Source: an uncultured virus (IMG/VR IMGVR_UViG_3300034355_000834)
Lineage: Duplodnaviria > Heunggongvirae > Uroviricota > Caudoviricetes
Virus record (IMG/VR): IMGVR_UViG_3300034355_000834
Reading direction: 5' to 3' (one strand)
Length of the DNA stretch: 64,000 nucleotides
Shown here: in pieces, positions 1-9,500 of the stretch
Numbering within the stretch: the first letter of the stretch is position 1
How the letters are laid out: each line of letters starts with the position of its first letter
Notes under the pieces: model-generated
Databases searched by the model: none
Told to the model about the DNA's origin: nothing
The model's input: only the letters and a program-made list of their open reading frames with translations
Translations under genes and position numbers: made by a program

Positions 1-367
1 GGACAAGGACGCTTGACTTTTCTGTTCAATGTAGTAAAATAGTGTTTTAGAGAAAAACACGATCAGGAGCGCAACACAATGAACCAAAAACAAGTAGATA
101 AGTTTAACGCAAAGACTCGCAGAGATCTAAGATTGTTCTTTCTAGTGATCCTGATCGTAACCGTTGGACCTTATCTCTTACAGTGGATTCAAAAATGAAA
201 AAAATAGTTATACCAATAACCAAAGGCGAAATTGTTCTCAATTTTTCTCAGAACGAGAAACTAGAATGGGAATGTATCCTAACGAACGAGGCTTTCACAG
301 ACATCACCCAATTTATTTCAAGTGGGTATTATTCGCTGGATTGTACAAAAAATATAGAGGTAGACTG

Positions 368-790
368 ATGGAATATCAAAAACCAGCAGAAGGCATAATG
401 CTAACTCACGACTTTAAGGATGCCAAGTTCTATTCAATAAATTGTTCTTGCACCAATCCAGATGACAAGATTAATCTTGAAATAGAAGCCGACGAGTATG
501 GAGAAATCGTAGTATATTTTCATACCACAGCAAAAACGCATTTTTGGAAAACCTTGGCTAAATGGGAAACTCATAAGATTGACAACCCGTTTTTATATCT
601 CATTGTAAATTCCGTTCAATCACTAATCAATGGATTACATCAACGAATTAAACTAACCAAAGAAATTTGGTGGAATGGATACATTTCTCTACAAACTACT
701 ACCATTCTCACAAAGCAGACTGCATTAAATTTTTCAGAAACACTCAATGATGCCATAAAAGAAATAGAAACCCGAAATGATAAACATTAA
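368..790 (+). CDS. hypothetical phage protein
   Basis: ORF; ATG 368 overlaps the upstream stop; no recognisable motif. Confidence 0.6.
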   Translation: MEYQKPAEGIMLTHDFKDAKFYSINCSCTNPDDKINLEIEADEYGEIVVYFHTTAKTHFWKTLAKWETHKIDNPFLYLIVNSVQSLINGLHQRIKLTKEIWWNGYISLQTTTILTKQTALNFSETLNDAIKEIETRNDKH

Positions 791-1046
791 TTTTTCAATC
801 ACCAATCCATTTGCTGATGACCTATCTGATGTTGTTTTTAGTAGATACGGCAAAGTCATAAAAAACAAATATTGGTCTATCACTTTACACAAACACCCAA
901 GAACTATCGTTGATTTCCATCTCGATGTTTCCACAAGAAGAAGTCACGCTGGAATCCTACTTTGGATAGGTTTGCTGGGTTATTTCTTGGAGGTTGAATT
1001 CTATGATCGCAGACATTGGTATTCTGACAAGTGGGAAGACACTTGA
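777..1046 (+). CDS. hypothetical protein
   Basis: ORF overlapping previous stop. Confidence 0.55.
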   Translation: MININFSITNPFADDLSDVVFSRYGKVIKNKYWSITLHKHPRTIVDFHLDVSTRRSHAGILLWIGLLGYFLEVEFYDRRHWYSDKWEDT

Positions 1047-1071
1047 CTTTTTCTGTAGAGTGTAGTAAAAT
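1043..1071 (+). promoter_or_regulatory. sigma70-like early promoter (near-identical copy at 14-41)
   Basis: TTGACT-N17-TAAAAT; repeated string ttgacttt(t)tctgt..gtagtaaaatagt. Confidence 0.6.
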
Positions 1072-1118
1072 AGTCTTGTGGTTGGAACTTTACAGGAGAT
1101 TGAAATGAGGAAACTAAA

Positions 1119-1367
1119 ATGTTTATAAAATTGACAGCGATTCATATTACCGAGTATGGTGAAGAAGTTTGTGGAAAGATAATATTCCACAAAAACCAAG
1201 TTGCTGCGGTCACTGGACCAATGGCATTCAACTTCAATCCAGAAACAGGAGAACGTTTTAAGAATAAAACCTACAGAGGAAATTCTATCGTACATCTGAC
1301 TTCTGGTAAAGTATTTCCTGTACAAGAGAAGTTTACAGAAGTGGAAGCAATGCTATTAGGTGAATAA
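1119..1367 (+). CDS. hypothetical protein
   Basis: ORF with GAGG SD. Confidence 0.6.
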   Translation: MFIKLTAIHITEYGEEVCGKIIFHKNQVAAVTGPMAFNFNPETGERFKNKTYRGNSIVHLTSGKVFPVQEKFTEVEAMLLGE

Positions 1368-1369
1368 AA

Positions 1370-1738
1370 ATGATTATTGTAAAACAAGTTAGTTACGCAT
1401 TTCTCCAGATTGGTGTATTCAATGATAGAGCGGAATCTATTCCTACTTGCTCTCAGTTCAGAATGGATTCTTCTAGGTTTAACTCTTTCGCAGAATTCAT
1501 CAAAAAGAACTTGAACTATGCGAATCATATCCGTGACACATATCACGATGATGCTGGTTCAAAGTCCAAATACAGTATGGGAAATGTTGATTCATTTATA
1601 ACTTATGATCGTATTCCTATTGTTTTGATTACTCTTCCTACGTTTTTACAGTTCCATTTAGTTATTGGAACCGATGTATTGACCGTGGATGCAACTGATC
1701 TTGAAGAAATTGCTAGTCAATTGGTGAAATTAAAATGA
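1370..1738 (+). CDS. hypothetical protein
   Basis: ORF, tightly packed with neighbours. Confidence 0.55.
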   Translation: MIIVKQVSYAFLQIGVFNDRAESIPTCSQFRMDSSRFNSFAEFIKKNLNYANHIRDTYHDDAGSKSKYSMGNVDSFITYDRIPIVLITLPTFLQFHLVIGTDVLTVDATDLEEIASQLVKLK

Positions 1739-2040
1739 TAGAATATACAGTAAAAGTCTTTGATAATGGCGACCGTATTTGGTATTTGAATGGCAAGTAC
1801 CACCGAGAAGACGGTCCCGCTTGTGAATATTATAATGGTGATCGTTATTGGTTTTTGAATGGCAATCTTCACCGAGAAGATGGCCCTGCCATTGAAGGTG
1901 CATATGGCTTTCGTCGTTGGTATTTGCACGACGTAGAATACACAGAAGAAGAATTTCTCAAGAAGACTAGTAAAGTAAAAGAATTAACTGTAGCAGATAT
2001 TGAATCATTATTGGGTCATCCAGTAAAGGTGATAAAGTGA
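1735..2040 (+). CDS. LHREDGPA-repeat phage protein, paralog 1
   Basis: WYLNG-x-x-HREDGPA repeats; tandem duplicate follows. Confidence 0.8.
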   Translation: MIEYTVKVFDNGDRIWYLNGKYHREDGPACEYYNGDRYWFLNGNLHREDGPAIEGAYGFRRWYLHDVEYTEEEFLKKTSKVKELTVADIESLLGHPVKVIK

Positions 2041-2345
2041 TAGAATATACAGTAAAAGTTTTAGATAATGGTTCTCGTATTTGGTATTTGAATGGCAATC
2101 TCCATCGTGAAGATGGTCCCGCTTGTGAATTTACTAATGGCACTCGTTGGTGGGTTTTGAATGACAAACTCCATCGGGAAGATGGCCCTGCTATTGAAAA
2201 TGCTGATGGCACCCGTCAATGGTATTTGAATGATACAGTTTATTATACCGAAGAAGAATTCCTCAAGAAGACTGCCAAAGTAAAAGAACTCACAGTAGCA
2301 GAGATTGAATCTTTGTTGGGTCATCCAGTAAAGGTGGTGAAGTGA
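2037..2345 (+). CDS. LHREDGPA-repeat phage protein, paralog 2
   Basis: near-identical N- and C-termini to 1735..2040. Confidence 0.8.
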   Translation: MIEYTVKVLDNGSRIWYLNGNLHREDGPACEFTNGTRWWVLNDKLHREDGPAIENADGTRQWYLNDTVYYTEEEFLKKTAKVKELTVAEIESLLGHPVKVVK

Positions 2346-2388
2346 TCGTATTTGACCGCAATCAGAAAAAGAAGGAGTTGGAAGAACC

Positions 2389-2778
2389 ATGGCAGAAGTA
2401 ACACGTAATAGACTAAGCAACGCGGCCAACCCATTTCAAGGAGACTTCAAGAAAGTCCTTTGTGTTTGTTCGGCAGGACTACTCCGCTCACCAACAGCAG
2501 CATGGGTATTATCTCGTGATCCGTGGAACTTCAATACCAGAGCCGTTGGGTGCAATGAGGAATATGCTCTCGTAACATTGGATGCTGTTCAATTAGCATG
2601 GGCCGATGAGGTGGTCGTATTTGACCACGCTCAGAAAAAGTTAGTAGAGAATCTACTTGACAAGTATGAATGGAAAAGGCCAGTACATAATCTGAATGTA
2701 CCAGATGAGTTTAACTATCGTGAGGAAGCGTTGGTGAATCACTTAACAGAAAAATTCACTGAACTTTATCCAACATAG
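2389..2778 (+). CDS. low-molecular-weight protein-tyrosine-phosphatase-like protein
   Basis: P-loop VCSAGLLRS (CX5RS), WADEVVV, LNVPDEF. Confidence 0.8.
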   Translation: MAEVTRNRLSNAANPFQGDFKKVLCVCSAGLLRSPTAAWVLSRDPWNFNTRAVGCNEEYALVTLDAVQLAWADEVVVFDHAQKKLVENLLDKYEWKRPVHNLNVPDEFNYREEALVNHLTEKFTELYPT

Positions 2779-2859
2779 TGGTATCAGTATAATGAACTAC
2801 CAGAGGGACCATAATGTCCCTCTTTGCGTATCTGACGAATAAGAATCGCTAAATACGAT

Positions 2860-4119
2860 ATGATCTTCAAGTCCTTCAAATACAGATTGAATCCAACCTC
2901 TGTTCAGGCCGAGCACATCGGTAGAACGTTTGGTTGTAAAAGATTTGTATTCAATAATCTATTGAATCAACAACAATCCAGATACGAATCCGGAGAAGGA
3001 CATTTGACCTTCTTCCAGTGTAATAATCTATTAGTTGATTGGAAAAAACAAGAAGATCGTAATTTTTTAGCAGAAGTCGATAGTCAAGCCCTACAACAAG
3101 CGGCAAAGGACCTACACGAGTCCTACACTAACTTCTTCAAGTCGTGTGCTGGCAAGCGAAAAGGACCAAAAGTTGGTCATCCAAAATACAAAAGCAAATA
3201 CGCCAGGCAAAGTTATCGTACACCGAACAACAACAATGTTATTCGTGTAACCGAAAATGCTATTCATCTACCAAGATTGGGATATGTTCGGGCTAAGATT
3301 GATAGGTCGATTGATGGGAAAATAAAATCTGCCACGATATCAATGGACAGAGATGGCAAGTATTACGTGTCTGTATTAGCAGAAGTAGAGCAGACGTTGA
3401 AACCGATGACCGGAATGGAAGTTGGTATTGATTTAGGGATAAAGGAGTTATTTGTTACCAGTGATGGCAATAGATTCACTAATCCCAAAGATTTGATTCG
3501 TATGACAAAAACCACGCATAGAATCAAAATACTACAAAAACGGCTGGCCAAAAAGGTCGGTGGCAGTAGCAACAGAGAAAAGACTAGGGCAAAATTAGCC
3601 GCAACACACAAGCGACTAACTAATCAACGAAATAATTATTACCACGAGATAAGCACGTGGTTGGTTAATACGTACGATGCCATTTATATGGAAGACTTGA
3701 ATGTCGCTGGTATGATGAAGAATCGTCGGTTATCCAGAACAATCCAAGAATCTGCTTGGGCAATACTGACCGGCATGATTGAATACAAGTGTTCTTGGTA
3801 TGGCAAAACATTCCACAAAATCAGTCGATTTTATCCTAGTACCAAAACCTGTAGTCGTTGTGATTACAAACTAGACACGCTGTCGTTATCTGAGCGTGAA
3901 TGGACCTGTCCTAGTTGTGGCAGCCATCACGACAGGGATCATAACGCAGCCATCAATGTCCTCAAGCAAGGACAGAGAGATTATTATGACACTTCGCTGG
4001 TCCGACGCGAAGCGGGCAACATAGTTGTTGTACCGACGACTCTTATGAAACTGAGTGCTAAAACCGAGAGGTCTGATTTATTGAAATCAGTTATTCAGGG
4101 AATTGAGTTAGTTTATTAA
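2860..4119 (+). CDS. tnpB: TnpB-family RNA-guided endonuclease (no TnpA nearby)
   Basis: N-terminal FKYRLNP..FGCKRFVFN; RuvC GIDLG, EDLNV, DRDHNAA; zinc finger CSRC..CPSC. Confidence 0.92.
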   Translation: MIFKSFKYRLNPTSVQAEHIGRTFGCKRFVFNNLLNQQQSRYESGEGHLTFFQCNNLLVDWKKQEDRNFLAEVDSQALQQAAKDLHESYTNFFKSCAGKRKGPKVGHPKYKSKYARQSYRTPNNNNVIRVTENAIHLPRLGYVRAKIDRSIDGKIKSATISMDRDGKYYVSVLAEVEQTLKPMTGMEVGIDLGIKELFVTSDGNRFTNPKDLIRMTKTTHRIKILQKRLAKKVGGSSNREKTRAKLAATHKRLTNQRNNYYHEISTWLVNTYDAIYMEDLNVAGMMKNRRLSRTIQESAWAILTGMIEYKCSWYGKTFHKISRFYPSTKTCSRCDYKLDTLSLSEREWTCPSCGSHHDRDHNAAINVLKQGQRDYYDTSLVRREAGNIVVVPTTLMKLSAKTERSDLLKSVIQGIELVY

Positions 4120-4158
4120 ACGCGGAATAGTATATGGTACCTAAACAGTGATGGCAAA

Positions 4159-5196
4159 ATGAATATACAAGAACTAGAACAATTCAATCTGAAAAACGCG
4201 GTCAAGTTCAACGACGAACTCAATCCTAACCTATGGGATGAGCATGAACAGTTGAAACCTGAAGTAAGAGAAAAATTACTTCAGGTTGCAGCAGATTTTC
4301 AAGAATACTTGGGAGTGGAAGACCTTGGACTCAAGGATATCACGATATCTGGCTCCAATGCTGCTTACACATTTACTCCAAAATCGGACATTGATTTACA
4401 TTTGGTAGTGGATATGCCAGACGATGAGGTATATCGTGAGTTATTTGATGCCAAAAAGTATGCCTATAACGATCAACATGATGTAAAAATAAAAGGATCG
4501 CCCGTTGAATTGTATGTTCAAGACGCCAACGAAGAGCATTATTCTCAGGGTATCTATTCTGTGATGAATGACGAATGGATTGATGTTCCAAAAAAACGCT
4601 CATTGGACGTTGATGATAGTAGCGTAAAAAACAAGTTTGAGGACGTTAAACGTCACATAACTGATGCCATCAATTCGGATGACTATGATACGCTCTCTGA
4701 TGTTCACAAGCGTATCAAAGCAATGCGCCAATGTGGATTGGAAAAGAATGGCGAGTTTAGTATTGAAAATCTGACGTTCAAGATGCTCAGAAACGAGGGA
4801 TGGATTGAGCAATTGCTCAATGCCAGAAACAAAGCCAAAGACAAAATGCTCAGTCTTGCTGAAAAGAACAAGAAGAAACAAAAAAGAATCTATGGGTTCG
4901 GCACACCGGAATTACTACAATCTGATGTTAGTTCGGAATGGGATGGTGTCAGTCCGAGTACTGAGCAGTACTTAAATGAGAACGATTATTATAACGAAGA
5001 CGTAGCCAGAATAATAGAAGAATCATTCATTCAATTCAGAATTGACATGGCCAAGTATATAGCGGAAAAGAACGAGAAAGAAAAAACCGATTCACTTGAA
5101 GAAGGCGATTTGGTTGGTGACGCGGGACAACAAAGTCCGTTTAGCGGTGGGGTTAATTCGAGCAGTACTAAACAAAAAAAGCGATGCAACACATAG
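4159..5196 (+). CDS. Pol-beta-superfamily nucleotidyltransferase
   Basis: ISGSNAAY..SDIDLH motif, VELYVQD, GEFSIENLTFKMLR. Confidence 0.75.
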   Translation: MNIQELEQFNLKNAVKFNDELNPNLWDEHEQLKPEVREKLLQVAADFQEYLGVEDLGLKDITISGSNAAYTFTPKSDIDLHLVVDMPDDEVYRELFDAKKYAYNDQHDVKIKGSPVELYVQDANEEHYSQGIYSVMNDEWIDVPKKRSLDVDDSSVKNKFEDVKRHITDAINSDDYDTLSDVHKRIKAMRQCGLEKNGEFSIENLTFKMLRNEGWIEQLLNARNKAKDKMLSLAEKNKKKQKRIYGFGTPELLQSDVSSEWDGVSPSTEQYLNENDYYNEDVARIIEESFIQFRIDMAKYIAEKNEKEKTDSLEEGDLVGDAGQQSPFSGGVNSSSTKQKKRCNT

Positions 5197-5368
5197 AAAA
5201 CATGCGTTAAGTTGGTATTTCTCCTCGCAAGCATAAATAAGAATACCGATCACGGGACTGCAATCCCTATCGGTTCTAACGCCTGGAGACGGCATCAGCG
5301 AAACTATTTAGTCATTGATATTGTCATAGTATCAAAAGTCTCTGGGTATATTATTAAGGAGAAATACA

Positions 5369-6565
5369 ATGGCAAAAAGAAAACAACAAATCCCCTACAC
5401 CTATCTGATCGGATGGTCTCATCTTAATATTTGGTATTATGGTTCTAAAACCGGAAAAGATGCCGCCCCCGATACTTTTTGGAAGACATACTTCACTTCA
5501 TCCAAACACGTAAAGAATTTTAGAAAAGAACACGGCGAACCCGATGTAATTGAAGTACGAAAAACATTCAGTTGCCCGCTGAAAGCAAGGGAGTGGGAAC
5601 ACAAAACATTATGGCGACTTAAAGTCGTGCCGGATTCAAAATGGCTCAACAAATCCTATGGCAACGGTAAATTTCATACGAGCGGAATGACCAATATCGT
5701 GACACCAGAAGGCAACATTATCACGGTCCCAACTGATCATCCGATGATAATCGCCGGAGAATACATCAACGTAAATGGCAACAAAAAGTGGTACAACGAC
5801 GGAATAATATGTAAGAAATTCAAAATAGGAACTCAACCTCGTGGATGGACGGAGGGCGATCTGAGAAAACCGTTCAACAATGGCAAAACGGTGAAATATT
5901 TGGTCCCAGGAACGGAACCAGTAGGATGGCAACGTGGTGACCTTCAACATCTTCTTCCAATAACGGTGTTTTATAATAACGGCGTTACTCAAGTGAGAAG
6001 CATAGAGGGAGAGGAACCCGAAGGATTCGTAAGAGGTTGTTTGCCAAAAGATGCGCCGATGAAGTGGTACAACAACGGAACTGATTCGTATCAGTATATC
6101 ATTGATAAACAACCCGAAGGATGGATTGTTGGCAGAATTATATCACAAGACGAAAAAGATAAGCGGCCATATAATAATGGCGAGGTGGAGAAGAAATTTA
6201 TTCCGGGGACAGAACCAGAGGGTTTCGTTCGTGGCAGATTGCCAAAAAACAAAACACCAACACTGGGAACAAAAAGATATAACAACGGAATTATTAATAA
6301 AGGATTCATTCCCGGAACAGAACCAGATGGATGGGTTTTGGGCGAGATTCCTCGAACAGCCGGAACAAAAAAGTATTACAATAACGGAATAGAACAAAAA
6401 GGATTCGTTCCTGGAACAGAACCAAACGGATGGGTTTTGGGTGGATTGCCCAAAGTATATCTGCACGGCAAACGGTGGTATAATCATGGCAACGAGGAAT
6501 CTAAGTTTATTCCTGGAACTGAACCAGAAGGATGGTTGCTTGGTCGCAAAGATTCCGCTAAATAA
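5369..6565 (+). CDS. GIY-YIG homing endonuclease with 8 tandem ~33-aa YNNG..PEGW..GR repeats
   Basis: YTYLIG..WYYG..YFTSS N-terminal domain; repeated C-terminal modules. Confidence 0.8.
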   Translation: MAKRKQQIPYTYLIGWSHLNIWYYGSKTGKDAAPDTFWKTYFTSSKHVKNFRKEHGEPDVIEVRKTFSCPLKAREWEHKTLWRLKVVPDSKWLNKSYGNGKFHTSGMTNIVTPEGNIITVPTDHPMIIAGEYINVNGNKKWYNDGIICKKFKIGTQPRGWTEGDLRKPFNNGKTVKYLVPGTEPVGWQRGDLQHLLPITVFYNNGVTQVRSIEGEEPEGFVRGCLPKDAPMKWYNNGTDSYQYIIDKQPEGWIVGRIISQDEKDKRPYNNGEVEKKFIPGTEPEGFVRGRLPKNKTPTLGTKRYNNGIINKGFIPGTEPDGWVLGEIPRTAGTKKYYNNGIEQKGFVPGTEPNGWVLGGLPKVYLHGKRWYNHGNEESKFIPGTEPEGWLLGRKDSAK

Positions 6566-6572
6566 CAGTACT

Positions 6573-9500
6573 ATGAAATACTCAGAAATAAAAATAAAAA
6601 AAGAAGACGTGTCAAGTAATATGTCTGGTACTAACGACAGTACCGAGATGTTCCTCAATGAGAAAGATTCTCAGTCTCACAAAGAGGTAATCAAGGACTT
6701 CATTTTGTTTTGTAAGAAATACCTAAAGATAGCCAAGTTACCGAAAGTAACACTAAAGAAGGATGCTGAGTGGTCGTCTAAACACAAGACGTTTGGGTAC
6801 TACAATCCAAATGACAATAGCCTGACAATCAACTTAGCTGGCAGAAATCTCATGGATATCTTGAGAACAGTAGGTCACGAATTAGTGCACTGTAAGCAAT
6901 TTGAATCAGTAGATATGCCCATCGATGCCGGAGAAACCGGCAGTGCAGCAGAAAATCATGCTAACAGTGTTGCTGGCATACTGATGAGAGAATACGGACA
7001 ACTCCATCCAGAATTATTTCAAATGCCAGTATTAAGTGAATCCATTGACAAACTTAATGAAATATTGGATAGAAATCTAAAAACCACACGTAACAAAGAA
7101 TTAGAAGCACTAGTTAATCAGATGGATCAAACTGCCAAAGGACACACGGCGGTATTGGCTACTGAAAAAATGGCTGACTTGGGAGTATATGTAGTGAGAT
7201 TTCTTGACAAAACCAGATGTATTCAATATCACATTAGTCGAATAAACGACGATCAAGGAAAATTAAATCCGCTAGAACAAGACAGAGAAATTGGAAGTTC
7301 GGCCTTGAATATCATATTCAACGATGCGCAGCATTATTTGACACATCAACACGCATTTCCTGTAAAAATTCTTTCTCCAAAAGAAAGATTAGGATTGTAT
7401 TTGCAATTGGCTAGAAGACTTGCGAGTAAAGTTAGTTCCGACCTTGAGATATCAGAGCCAGAACCGGCTGTTAATAATGATGGCGAAGACGTGTACGCAT
7501 TTACTATTAGGTATCCAAATTCAAAAGGAAACATACTAGAAAAAATGCTTAATTCTGGGTCAACGGATCAATTTAAAATACAGGACATTAAGGATCGCCA
7601 AGAACTCAAGGAATTCCTGCACAAAAGAGCAGATCAGATTCATTCATTGGTGGGCGATTCTTCTCGCGCAACTCTGATTTCTAAAAAATTCATTGACGTT
7701 ATTCGTGAAAACGACGAACCAGATGAATATGCTAATTGGTTAATTGATTTAATTCAGAAAGAAACCTATCATGGTGAATTAAAGATAGGGGATGAAATAT
7801 GCACTGCTTTTTTGGATATTATTAAACACGCAAAAGAAGCCTACTTTTTTGGATCATCGGAACCACTGGCAATTAAAAAGTTCGTTCATAATTCAGATGG
7901 CTCATTAAACTATCTTATATTGAGTGATGGTAGCCGTTTTCCAAGAGTTGAGCAAGCATCATATCAGGGCAATCATCTGATGCATATGCTAATCACCAAA
8001 GATAAGGATGATTTAACGTCAACCATTATGTTGGCACAACTGAAGAAACCAGAGGATTGGACACTTGAAGTGGTGTTGGATAACAAGGCTATCATGGAAG
8101 CATCTGGATATATTCCAACGGCAGCGCAAGCACATGATCCAAGATTTGAAATGGCATTGAGTTGCGATGTTCATCCGGGCACCTTAGGAAAGGTGGCTAA
8201 TGCGTTTGATTTGAATACTGATTCACAAGGTAAACCACAGATTGCTAATCCTAATGGCCGAGTAGTCAGAGAAAACTGTATCGAAGAGCAAACATTGTTT
8301 GAATCGTGGCAAGAATTCGAGCATCAAGATCAATTGACTGAAATTTTTGACAGAGCCGTCTCTTATGATTCCGACAAGGACATGATTGAAAAATTTCACA
8401 ATCGTAACAAAGAGTATGTTTATTCGCCATTCACTGATGTGGTTCAATCTTCGGCAATGAAGAGTAATAATTTATTTGCAGTACGTGGAAGAAATAAAAA
8501 AGACAAATCAATGGAGTATCATTTGGTCAGCACTCGCCATGAAAACGGCAAGATAGGTGATAGTTCACAATGGAATAATGAGGCCCTAAAAGATGCTATG
8601 AAGTTCGTTATTGAGGACGCAACCAACTTTATCAATAAAGGCTCTCGTATTAAATTAATGACTGATGATGCTGCATTGTATAATCAGTATCTTAGAATTG
8701 CTAAACCGATGACACAACGCATCAATAGAGAAAGGCAACATGGCGGAGAATTTCAAGTAATAGAGGCTGGAAAGACTAATTCAATCGATGGTCAATATTT
8801 AGATACTATTTTGATCAGAGGAACCCCAACGAAAAAAATGGAGTCGCTTCGGAATGACCAAACCAAAACCAGCTACACCCCCAACGATATCAATAAACTA
8901 ACCTTTGAATCGTTTGATCACTATCGCCGTTGGTGTCAATCTCCAAAAACCAATAGCAATAGAAATCCAATGTTTCATCCTAATAGATACCAAGGTATTT
9001 TTATAGACAGTAAAGATTTGCTTGAGGCAAATGATATATTCACGAAAAGAAAGCAACAAGCAAGGGAATTTTCAAATGAATTCCTATCACTTGATGATCG
9101 TGAAAATGTTGCTTTAAAAGTAGGTAATAAGATTTCTGTATTATCGTGTATCGTTGCACCCACTGATAAAATTAGCAGAATTGAGCTATCCGGTTTCGTT
9201 ACTCCTAAAGAGATAGCAAATCTACTGCTATCAAACGATGATAAGATTGATGCCATTGAATTTACCGATGGCACACAATATCCTGAAAAAGCACAAGAAA
9301 CTATTGTAGATAATATAAACCTTGTCAATACTATATTCTTTCCAGACAAACACACAGCAGATTATGCCATGACCGCAATTGAATTACTGTTATGGGGAAT
9401 GGAAGGAAAAGGGTGGAAGATTGAGCGATACATGAGTGAATCTGCTGATAATTTGGAAGAATCGCTGTGGGAAGAGCTTCAGAATCATAAGAGTGGGGAT

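Noticed and set aside
1735..2345. DGR template/variable repeat pair
   Set aside because: Both copies are complete ORFs, differences are not adenine-restricted, and there is no RT; ordinary tandem duplication
5780..6555. CRISPR-like repeat array
   Set aside because: Repeats are degenerate, in frame and protein-coding; no constant repeat with unique spacers
6441..6572. Upstream extension of the giant ORF in the track
   Set aside because: Overlaps the GIY-YIG gene; GCTAAATA box and tag point to ATG 6573
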